Shown here in pieces: positions 30,222 through 37,813 of a DNA stretch of 64,000 nt. The stretch is from a virus: positions 1 through 64,000 of the IMG/VR virus record IMGVR_UViG_3300044940_000489; one strand, given 5' to 3'. The position numbers and the translations under genes are program-made. How positions within the stretch are numbered: position 1 is the first letter of the stretch; each line of letters begins with the position of its first letter. The notes under the pieces are model-generated. The model had not been told where the DNA came from, searched no databases, and saw only the letters and a program-made list of their open reading frames with translations.

Positions 30222-30531
30222 CTGACAGCTCCCACGACTAAAGGCATGGGGTTCCTGCTTCATAGCTCCAACTACCGTTGATCGCTCCACAGGCTTTATT
30301 TATCCTTGGAGGGCTGCCCTCTCCTCCAAGTGTTCGCGTTAATGCGAATTGTTTTATATTATTTGCTGCTAGTATATCCCTATCATGGGTAGTACCACAT
30401 TATATATTATATATTATATATTATATATTATATATTATACTACACCAAACTTATTAACGCCACTAACATATTATTAAGTTTTTAAAAATTCATCCCACTA
30501 CTAAAGTCGTGGACTTTCTTTTGGTTCTATC
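30222..30531 (-). mobile_element. non-autonomous IS200/IS605 element retaining the tnpB 3' end/omegaRNA
   Basis: both ends present; internal deletion leaves CGTTHDRDILAANNIKQFAL-coding sequence; (TATAATA)n run at the deletion junction. Confidence 0.9.
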
Positions 30532-30711
30532 ATAAATTAGTCAATAGAGCGTCAAAGATGCATTATAATTGCCGGAATAACATTAAGGAAGTAGTGACTT
30601 GGTTTAATATTTTAAAGGGATCTGGTTTTAGCGGCGAAGATGTATTATACGTACTTGAGTTTGATTTGGATCAGCGCTCCAATATGTAAGTATTAGGACA
30701 GAATAGGGGGA

Positions 30712-30906
30712 TTGTTTATGAAGAAGCGTAAGCAGTTGTGGGATAAGTTGCGGTCTCAGTTGGAGGATAAGTTGCAGTCTCAGTTGGCGTATCAGTTGGA
30801 GTATCAGTTGGGGTATCAGTTGGGGGATCAGTTGGGGGATCAGTTGGGGTATCAGTTGGGGGAGCAGCTTTATAAAGGCATGAAGCATTATTATGAAGAA
30901 GCGTAG
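30712..30906 (+). CDS. small protein with QLxx tetrad repeats (12-bp tandem repeat)
   Basis: (CAGTTGnnnnAT)n-type repeat encoding QLED/QLAY/QLGY/QLGD. Confidence 0.6.
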   Translation: MFMKKRKQLWDKLRSQLEDKLQSQLAYQLEYQLGYQLGDQLGDQLGYQLGEQLYKGMKHYYEEA

Positions 30907-31039
30907 AATATTAATTAATTTCTTGGGCGCAGTATTATTTAATAGGTTTTATTAAAAATTGGGAAGTCCGTGCCGTTTATAATTTTTCTTATTATATATT
31001 AAATGGCAATATTTATGAAGCAATAGGAAAAAGCAATTC

Positions 31040-31237
31040 GTGGCCATAGCGAAGAGGAGTAAACAATCTCATAAACCTCATTTAGAGGTATGCCATGATC
31101 TGCTTTGGCAGTATATGATGAATCTAAAAATACCTATTGACGTTAAAACGCTTATATGGTCTAAGAGCGTTTTTTATGAAAACACTCAATTAAAAAAGAT
31201 GCTTCGTAATAAAATTAGTGATATTATTAATTATTAG
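31040..31237 (+). CDS. small hypothetical protein
   Basis: 65-aa ORF in early island. Confidence 0.45.
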   Translation: MAIAKRSKQSHKPHLEVCHDLLWQYMMNLKIPIDVKTLIWSKSVFYENTQLKKMLRNKISDIINY

Positions 31238-31367
31238 GAGACTCTAATGGCAAGAGACATTAAGTATATCCGGCTTTTAATAAAGCAGACGAATAAATAT
31301 ATTAATAACCAAACAAAACCTCTTTTTGTGGATCAAATAGCCCGTCTGGAGGCTCAGGAGAAGGCCC

Positions 31368-31994
31368 TTGCAAAAAAACCAAAGCACAAGCCTAAGAAAA
31401 ATAATAACTAAGCTGGGGCTACTGTCTTTATTGGCTAGCATTGTTATTCATGCATGTTCGATCTTTATTATGCCGTCAATTATGCCCGCTCCACAAAATA
31501 TGCAGCATGAATCTAGTAAGCAAGGCGGGAACAGCAAGCAGGGGTCTCAAGAGGGCAAGGGCAATTCTAATGCTGTAGAGGTTCGGATTTTGCCGCCAAG
31601 TGGCGCAAAAAGCAATAATAAAGATGTGGCAAAGAATAATAAAAGCGATGTAACGGTTACCGAAAATAAAAATAATAAAAACAAGTCGTCTACCGGATAT
31701 TATGGAATTGGCGTATATGTCATGTATTCGCATGGCCCATTCGTATCTGAAAAATATGGATCATATAGTATGGGCAATAAAATTTGGGATGTCGTGCCAG
31801 GATACCCCGCTGAACAAAACGGTTTGAAAAAGGGAGATATTATTCTGGAAGCCGATGGCGGAAGACTTGATAATGGTGATGACTGGGTTACCAGTAGTTC
31901 TCCATCTGAGATTCATCTGCTAATTTATAGGGATGGAAAATTCCTAGAATTTCGATTTATGCGAGCTTTTATTGAGACAAGCCGTGGCCCCTAA
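31368..31994 (+). CDS. membrane-anchored PDZ-domain protein
   Basis: N-terminal TM, low-complexity linker, YGIGV...VVPGYPAEQNGLKKGDIILEADG. Confidence 0.8.
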   Translation: MQKNQSTSLRKIITKLGLLSLLASIVIHACSIFIMPSIMPAPQNMQHESSKQGGNSKQGSQEGKGNSNAVEVRILPPSGAKSNNKDVAKNNKSDVTVTENKNNKNKSSTGYYGIGVYVMYSHGPFVSEKYGSYSMGNKIWDVVPGYPAEQNGLKKGDIILEADGGRLDNGDDWVTSSSPSEIHLLIYRDGKFLEFRFMRAFIETSRGP

Positions 31995-32190
31995 GAAAAT
32001 ATTAAGAAAAGCCAATATATTAAATGGGCTTGGCATACGGTATTTTTCAGCTCAATGGCAGCGGCTCCCGCCCAATATTAGGTCGCAAATAATGCAGATG
32101 AAATGCAAGGTAACTGAGTCGGCCCTGGCAACACTTTATGGGGGGATTAGATTGGGTTATGGGTATCCTAATAAAAATGAAAAACAATAA
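31972..32190 (+). CDS. small hypothetical protein
   Basis: 72-aa ORF overlapping neighbours. Confidence 0.45.
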   Translation: MRQAVAPKKILRKANILNGLGIRYFSAQWQRLPPNIRSQIMQMKCKVTESALATLYGGIRLGYGYPNKNEKQ

Positions 32191-32255
32191 ACATCCCAAA
32201 AATAAACGTATTATTTTGTTGCTAATATTATTATTTGTGTTACTATTACAGGTAT

Positions 32256-32849
32256 ATGTTGGAAAAGGCATTTGACATAGAACTAAACGAACTTGAGCTA
32301 AAATATCGCGCTGACGATATTAGCCTTACCGACTTCATCAGTCTAATGGAAACTATGGCCCCAGAGCGCAAGCTGGAAGTATCCTCGTGGGACGTATATT
32401 ACGCAGGGAACAAATACGGCCTCCCATTTGACTTCATTCGCCATCGCAAGGGAGACGTGCCTGAGCTTACTATAAAAATAAGGAACAGCGAGAAGAACAA
32501 CCAAGATAGGTTTGAGCTTGACCTTAAAATTCACAATAGCATGTCCAGTCGTATTGTGGCCAAATTTGCAAATATGATTGGCTTTGAGGAGAACTTTAGG
32601 ATATACAAAGATTGCACTATTTACTGGCTACAAAAAGTAGATTTAGTGTATTACATTGTGTATGATAAGGACAAAAAAGAAAAGGCCCGCTTTATTGAGA
32701 TAGAGGCCCGAAAAGATGTAACATTCAACAGCCCCGAAGAGGCATGGGGTCTACTTAAAGAAACTGAGGCCAAGCTTGCCGTTCTTGGGATTACGCCACA
32801 ATCGCGCATGAAGAAGTCTTTGTGGGATATGTTTAAGAAGGATACATAA
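32256..32849 (+). CDS. CYTH (triphosphate tunnel metalloenzyme) family protein
   Basis: ExExK motif ELELKY, D.YY, IR.R, LT.K, RFE, FIEIE. Confidence 0.8.
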   Translation: MLEKAFDIELNELELKYRADDISLTDFISLMETMAPERKLEVSSWDVYYAGNKYGLPFDFIRHRKGDVPELTIKIRNSEKNNQDRFELDLKIHNSMSSRIVAKFANMIGFEENFRIYKDCTIYWLQKVDLVYYIVYDKDKKEKARFIEIEARKDVTFNSPEEAWGLLKETEAKLAVLGITPQSRMKKSLWDMFKKDT

Positions 32850-32851
32850 AA

Positions 32852-33043
32852 ATGATGATCGAGCTGATAGGGTACTTTTTTGCTGGGGTTGCTGCTACTA
32901 TAATGTTGTCATTATTTATGCTTTTTATTATGGCAGTCCGGGCTGCGGGTGAATTGTTTAAAATCGCGGTTTATGGTGTTATTTTAGTATTTATGATAAC
33001 TACTTTGGGGCATTCTGTATTCAAAGCACTGGGGGGATTTTAA
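32852..33043 (+). CDS. small two-TM membrane protein
   Basis: 63 aa, almost entirely hydrophobic. Confidence 0.6.
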   Translation: MMIELIGYFFAGVAATIMLSLFMLFIMAVRAAGELFKIAVYGVILVFMITTLGHSVFKALGGF

Positions 33044-33690
33044 TGGCGGCGACTCTTGTGGATATTGAGGGGCTAGATGGATCTGGCAAAACTACTGCGA
33101 TCAAAACCTTGTGTTCTGCATTGCTAGAGATGGGCTTTAGGGTACTTGAGACTCGTGAAGTTGGATCGCAACATGTTCCTTTTGCTTCCAAGCTGAGAGA
33201 AATAGTTTTGGACCCAGCCAATAAGCTGGATGGAACTACAATGGAGCTTTTGTTTGCGGCAATGCGCATTGAAAGCCAAAAAGAGTACCGTAGAGTTTCC
33301 GAGGATTATGATTTTATTGTGTCAGACAGGGGATACTTGTCTCACCTGGCATATACGGATCATAACGTAAACGAAGATTTTACAAAAGATTTTTATCTAA
33401 CTCTACTAAACAAGTACCTGCCTGCAAAGCCGGATCACGTTTTATATTTATCAGTAGATCCGGAAGTAGCCCTTAGGCGCCGCATGAGACGAGGAGAAGT
33501 GCCGGATGCGATTGAGATTAAGGGCGTCCAATTCCAAACGATGGTTGGGAAAAGTTTTAAAAAGTACTTACGTCAGGAAATGGGAAATATTGATGTATCA
33601 ATTATTGATGCGAATAAAACGGCGGAAGAAGTTCGCTCAATGATTTTAGAATATGCCAGCTTTTTAGCTCGCGGGAAGGCAATGTCATGA
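33043..33690 (+). CDS. tmk: thymidylate kinase
   Basis: IEGLDGSGKTT P-loop, TRE, LLFAA.R, SDR..S..AY, PD..LYL.V.PEVA..R. Confidence 0.92.
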   Translation: MAATLVDIEGLDGSGKTTAIKTLCSALLEMGFRVLETREVGSQHVPFASKLREIVLDPANKLDGTTMELLFAAMRIESQKEYRRVSEDYDFIVSDRGYLSHLAYTDHNVNEDFTKDFYLTLLNKYLPAKPDHVLYLSVDPEVALRRRMRRGEVPDAIEIKGVQFQTMVGKSFKKYLRQEMGNIDVSIIDANKTAEEVRSMILEYASFLARGKAMS

Positions 33691-34433
33691 TTTTAAATTT
33701 TTTAGTAAATGCGCTTAAGCTTGTTTCGCGCCCAATCTCGCTGTTTCTCGCAGTAACAGCTTTGACCATGGCTATCGCGGCGTCAATTCAAGTTGTATTA
33801 TGGATAAACCAAACATTTTTTTCTGTTAGCGATCTGCAATACCGCGACAATCTACCGGCTTTTGAGTCATCAGACGCACAAGGTCCTCAAGCGGGGCGCG
33901 AAGCGCTGATTAGGCTTACGAACTCCAAAGGTCAGCACATTTGCTCCGCTTTCGTAGTCAGCAACAGATATGCCATTACAGCTGCACATTGCTTAGACGA
34001 AGCGAGTGGGATCTTGACTAGAAAAAAGTTTAAGGTTTTTGATATCGAAAGAAAAGATACAGGAATTGAGGTAGAGGCGGTCGGTCTCGTTAATAGAATG
34101 GATATGGGTTTGGTAATGGGAGACTTCTCTGGCTTTAAAAAGCTCTCTCTTGATAGCCCCCCTAAGGGCTTTTTAGGGCGAGAAAGCTCCGTCTTTGCTG
34201 CATGCGGATTTCCTATGGGCGACAAAGAGCTATGCATACCTCAATTAGTAGGTCCAAATATTTATTTCATGGTGCAAGTTGATAGGCCAGTATACCCAGG
34301 AATGAGTGGCGGGCCCGTAATTGACTTGAAAGATGGAACTGTAGTCGGAATTATAAGCAGCACGGAAAGGGGCGGGTCATTAATGGCTCCGATTGTGTCC
34401 ATCTGGAGCGCTTTTGGAATTGAACAAAAATAA
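33687..34433 (+). CDS. membrane-anchored trypsin-like serine protease
   Basis: TAAHC (His), DMGL (Asp), GMSGGP (Ser); N-terminal TM. Confidence 0.88.
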   Translation: MILNFLVNALKLVSRPISLFLAVTALTMAIAASIQVVLWINQTFFSVSDLQYRDNLPAFESSDAQGPQAGREALIRLTNSKGQHICSAFVVSNRYAITAAHCLDEASGILTRKKFKVFDIERKDTGIEVEAVGLVNRMDMGLVMGDFSGFKKLSLDSPPKGFLGRESSVFAACGFPMGDKELCIPQLVGPNIYFMVQVDRPVYPGMSGGPVIDLKDGTVVGIISSTERGGSLMAPIVSIWSAFGIEQK

Positions 34434-34450
34434 AAATAGGAGGAGATAAA

Positions 34451-34816
34451 ATGAAGAGAGTAAAATTTTCGACTAACACTGAGACAGGCATTAAGTATAC
34501 AAAAACGGTGGACTCATCAAGCGGTCCGGTCTATGCGGAATACAACCCATCTACAAATTTAGTTAGAGTTGTATCGGCAGCTAGCGGAAGCACAGTATTT
34601 GCTCCGGGTACTGATGTGGGCCTGGCGCTTCAGATTATTGAAGGCGGGGGACAGACTCCATCTGTTGTCGCTCGTGCGCTACTTGTTAAGGCTGGGGTTT
34701 CATTTGACCGCGAAACTAGAATTCGTAGATCAGTTGATAATTTTGGAGCAAGTGCAGTATTGCCAGGCACGGCGGCCTCACTAGTTACAGGGAGCCTGCT
34801 GGAAACCTTGGATTAA
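34451..34816 (+). CDS. hypothetical protein
   Basis: strong GGAGGAG RBS; 121 aa. Confidence 0.7.
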   Translation: MKRVKFSTNTETGIKYTKTVDSSSGPVYAEYNPSTNLVRVVSAASGSTVFAPGTDVGLALQIIEGGGQTPSVVARALLVKAGVSFDRETRIRRSVDNFGASAVLPGTAASLVTGSLLETLD

Positions 34817-34836
34817 AATTGTTGCTTGGTAGATTT

Positions 34837-34866
34837 AAAAGCGGCTCTCTAAGGGGTGCCGCTTTT
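34837..34866 (+). terminator. rho-independent terminator
   Basis: AAAAGCGGC-TCTCTAAGGGGT-GCCGCTTTT hairpin after stop at 34816. Confidence 0.55.
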
Positions 34867-35119
34867 GAATTTAATGGGACACATGAAAAAACGTATTATT
34901 ATTGATTCCTTCTATCTTTCAAGCGATGAGGGGCTTGAGCGCGGCCAGCAAATTACTGGTTTACCGAAATCAGAGCTGATTGAGCTGGTTGGCATATTTG
35001 GACGCCAAAGCTCTCGAGCTGGATTAGTGCGCGGTGAAATCGTAGTGTACGATGACGGCAGTGGTGTTCTGAGGCATCACTTTAATAAGAAGACAATACT
35101 TAAGTTTAATCATGAATAG
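34856..35119 (+). CDS. hypothetical protein (probable start MKKRII)
   Basis: ORF track; in-frame MKKR start. Confidence 0.55.
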   Translation: MPLLNLMGHMKKRIIIDSFYLSSDEGLERGQQITGLPKSELIELVGIFGRQSSRAGLVRGEIVVYDDGSGVLRHHFNKKTILKFNHE

Positions 35120-35247
35120 CCGAAGAAGAATAGACCACTTCAATACTTGTCTGACGATTCTTAGTGAGGGGGAGAATTTTAATCATTTAGTGCGCAACAC
35201 AAACTTCACAACAGTATCCTCAAGGGAGCACAATCTAGCGATCCCGA

Positions 35248-35277
35248 TTGACTTTTAAACCTATGTCGGGTTAGAAT
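35248..35277 (+). promoter_or_regulatory. sigma70-type promoter
   Basis: TTGACT-N18-TAGAAT immediately before the IS miniature. Confidence 0.55.
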
Positions 35278-35281
35278 TTAT

Positions 35282-35567
35282 TATAAGGTCAAAAGAAAAC
35301 CCATGACTTTAGTCGTGGGATGAATTTTGAAACAAGGTAATATATAATAAGTTTCTTCAAAGTGATGCATAAAATAGTGACAGAGAACCAAATCACTAAT
35401 TTATGCATTGAAGACAAAAGTCTTCAATATAATGAAGAATGTTGTATTAAAACAGCAACTTGGAGGAGAGGGCAGCCCTCCAAGGATAAATAAAGCCTGT
35501 GGAGCGATCAACGGTAGTTGGAGCTATGAAGCAGGAACCCCATGCCTTTAGTCGTGGGAGCTGTCAG
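35282..35567 (+). mobile_element. non-autonomous IS200/IS605 miniature, near-identical to 20477-20762
   Basis: same 286-bp length, TTAT target, TCAG end, few substitutions. Confidence 0.9.
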
Positions 35568-35585
35568 AAAGCTATACGTGATTAA

Positions 35586-35825
35586 ATGGATAGAAGCAGA
35601 GGCCAACGCGTGAAGACCGGATATCTTGTTGTATATTTGGACCAAGAGTTCGACGAGGCGCTATTGGCTGGGCAAATTTACCCAACGCGACAAACCGCAA
35701 TAGATTTTCTTCAGAGGCGGGCCAACCTGCTAAACTCTATGCAGCACGCCGAGATATATTGCATTGTATTAGAGGACAAAACTGACGCTAAAATAATGCC
35801 AATTACAAAAAGGAGCCACAATTGA
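35586..35825 (+). CDS. hypothetical protein
   Basis: 79-aa ORF. Confidence 0.5.
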   Translation: MDRSRGQRVKTGYLVVYLDQEFDEALLAGQIYPTRQTAIDFLQRRANLLNSMQHAEIYCIVLEDKTDAKIMPITKRSHN

Positions 35826-36061
35826 GCTACAAGTTAATGTGCGATTGCAAAAAAGCATTTGCCGCTGCAGGAAACCTATCGGGCGACAAGTACAGAAGAA
35901 CGACTATGGTCGTAACTAAGAGCAAGGATGGCGAGACTTGCGATTATTGCGGGTACTATGTTTTTAAAGACTACGGGAATCCAAGAGAGACGATTATTAG
36001 GCCGCTAGACTTCAAAAGAAAAAAAGCCGCCATAACTGACTGGCACCGACAAGACGAATAG
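35822..36061 (+). CDS. small putative Zn-binding protein
   Basis: CDC ... CDYC; AGGAG RBS. Confidence 0.6.
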   Translation: MSYKLMCDCKKAFAAAGNLSGDKYRRTTMVVTKSKDGETCDYCGYYVFKDYGNPRETIIRPLDFKRKKAAITDWHRQDE

Positions 36062-36122
36062 AAGGCATAGTGAGATTAGAAATCATCAAAAACTTTTGTG
36101 ACGCATACAGCGATTAAGTATC

Positions 36123-36374
36123 ATGAATAAACGTAAGCAGATAAGGGATATCCTAAATCTCACTGAGGTACGTACTAGTTACGGAGAATCTCTTTTTGCA
36201 AGCTCCGGCTTTTCTAAAAATACAAACGCCACTAAACTTAAGAGATATGTCATATACGGTAACACGAAAGTCAGTAAATCTATTTTAGAATATATTCAAT
36301 TTGAAGTACTGCCATATCCAGTGCAGCGCTGCATAGATTTAATATATCAAACAATACAAGAGTATGACGACTGA
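36123..36374 (+). CDS. small hypothetical protein (stop codon supplied by IS right end)
   Basis: MNKRKQ start; ends GAC TGA across the IS junction. Confidence 0.6.
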   Translation: MNKRKQIRDILNLTEVRTSYGESLFASSGFSKNTNATKLKRYVIYGNTKVSKSILEYIQFEVLPYPVQRCIDLIYQTIQEYDD

Positions 36375-37639
36375 CAGCTCCCACGACTAAAGTCATGGGG
36401 TTCCTGCTTCATAGCTCCAACTACCGTTGATCGCTCCACAGGCTTTATTTATGCTTGGAGGGCTGACCTCTCCTCCAAGTGTTCGCATTAATGCGAAACG
36501 TTTTATATTTTTTGCTGCTAATATATCCCTATCATGGGTAGTACCACATGACGAGCATGTCCAAAACCTGTCTTTCAGGGCTAAACTATCATTCTTAGCT
36601 CCGCAAGTACAGGTTTTTGAACTAGCATCAAACCTACCAATCTGTATGACATTTTTGCCATACCAATCGGCCTTATACTTAACCATACTGACGAATTTTG
36701 ACCAACTAACCGAGCTAATTGACTTGGCTAAACGGCTATTTTTCATCATCCCAGAGATGTTTAAATCTTCAAAGCATAAAGCGGCAATTTGGTTCTCTGT
36801 CACCAATTTATGCGATAATTTATGAAGAAAATCATCTCTCTGGTTGGTTATTTTTTCATATGTTTTTGCTAACTTAATTCTTGCTTTTTCTCTGTTTTGA
36901 GATCCTTTTTGTTTTTTTGATAATTCCTTATGCCTTTTGACAATTTTCTTTTCTGCTTTTTCTAAAAACTTAGGGTTAGGAATTTTTGTACCGTTAGATA
37001 AAACTAAGAAATCTTTAATTCCTAAATCAATACCTAAAGTATTGTTTTCATTGATTTTTTGTTTGTTAGGCAATTCTAAGCCATCTTCAACTAAAATTGA
37101 AATATAGCATTTATTAGTTTTTGATTTAGAAACTGTACAGGTTTTAATGGCGCCTTGAAACTTGCGATCTTTAGCAAACTTAACATATTTCAATTTTGGG
37201 ATGAATACTTGGTACTCTTCAAAATCTACTTTAACTCCTTGTGGAAAATGACAAGATGCCTTACTTCTTCTCTTTGCCTTAAACTTTGGGGAGTCTGAAT
37301 TTTTTCTAAAAAAGTTAATAAATGCTTTATCTAGATTTTTTAAAGATGCTTGCAAACTTTGCGAATAAACATCATTTAACCATCCAAATTCTTCTTGTTT
37401 TTTAAGTTTTGTTAATTTTTTAATTAAATCAAAACAAGATAGATTTGTTTTATCTTGTTGATATTGTTTAGTTTTTTGTTCTAGCCCCCAATTATAAATA
37501 AAACGTGCAGCCCCAAAAAACTGCTCTAGTTTTTTGGCTTGCTCTACAGTTGGGTATATTCTATATTTATAAGATCTAATCATATATATTATGCTGCACC
37601 AAACTTATTAACACCACTATTATATCATTTGGTATTTTC
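36371..37639 (-). mobile_element. IS200/IS605 (IS1341-type, tnpB-only) element lacking the left-end hairpin
   Basis: right end ...CCCATGACTTTAGTCGTGGGAGCTGTCAG; left junction TTAT|GAAAATACCAAA without subterminal hairpin; no tnpA. Confidence 0.85.
36393..37583 (-). CDS. tnpB: RNA-guided nuclease TnpB
   Basis: YKYRIYPT N-terminus, RuvC-I GIDLG, RuvC-II FEDL, Zn ribbon SSKTCTC..CSSC, RuvC-III HDRD.AA.NI; all catalytic residues present. Confidence 0.95.
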   Translation of the reverse strand: MIRSYKYRIYPTVEQAKKLEQFFGAARFIYNWGLEQKTKQYQQDKTNLSCFDLIKKLTKLKKQEEFGWLNDVYSQSLQASLKNLDKAFINFFRKNSDSPKFKAKRRSKASCHFPQGVKVDFEEYQVFIPKLKYVKFAKDRKFQGAIKTCTVSKSKTNKCYISILVEDGLELPNKQKINENNTLGIDLGIKDFLVLSNGTKIPNPKFLEKAEKKIVKRHKELSKKQKGSQNREKARIKLAKTYEKITNQRDDFLHKLSHKLVTENQIAALCFEDLNISGMMKNSRLAKSISSVSWSKFVSMVKYKADWYGKNVIQIGRFDASSKTCTCGAKNDSLALKDRFWTCSSCGTTHDRDILAAKNIKRFALMRTLGGEVSPPSINKACGAINGSWSYEAGTP

Positions 37640-37754
37640 ATAAAAATTAGGTTTTTAAGCTAAGTGCTTGTTTTTATTAAGATTTTATATGGTTATTTAT
37701 TGTACTATTTATTTTTTAGGGCCTGTAATTTGCATTAAATTTAGGTATTATTTA
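37640..37754. repeat. ~115-bp direct repeat (copy 2) with late-promoter motif facing tnpB
   Basis: near-identical to 30108-30221. Confidence 0.9.
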
Positions 37755-37793
37755 CTGACAGCTCCCATGCCTTTAGGCGTGGGAGCATGTCAG
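37755..37793. mobile_element. 39-bp REP-like palindrome made of two IS right-end tips
   Basis: CTGACAGCTCCCATGCC-TTTA-GGCGTGGGAGCATGTCAG. Confidence 0.75.
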
Positions 37794-37813
37794 TCAAAAA
37801 ATGGCATTCAATT

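Noticed and set aside
36427-36825. 132-aa plus-strand ORF as a tnpA partner
   Set aside because: Antisense shadow of tnpB with no HUH or catalytic Tyr motif
20477-37793. Recurring CCCATG.CTTTAG.CGTGGG hairpins as CRISPR repeats or plain terminators
   Set aside because: They are dispersed and match the subterminal ends of the tnpB element
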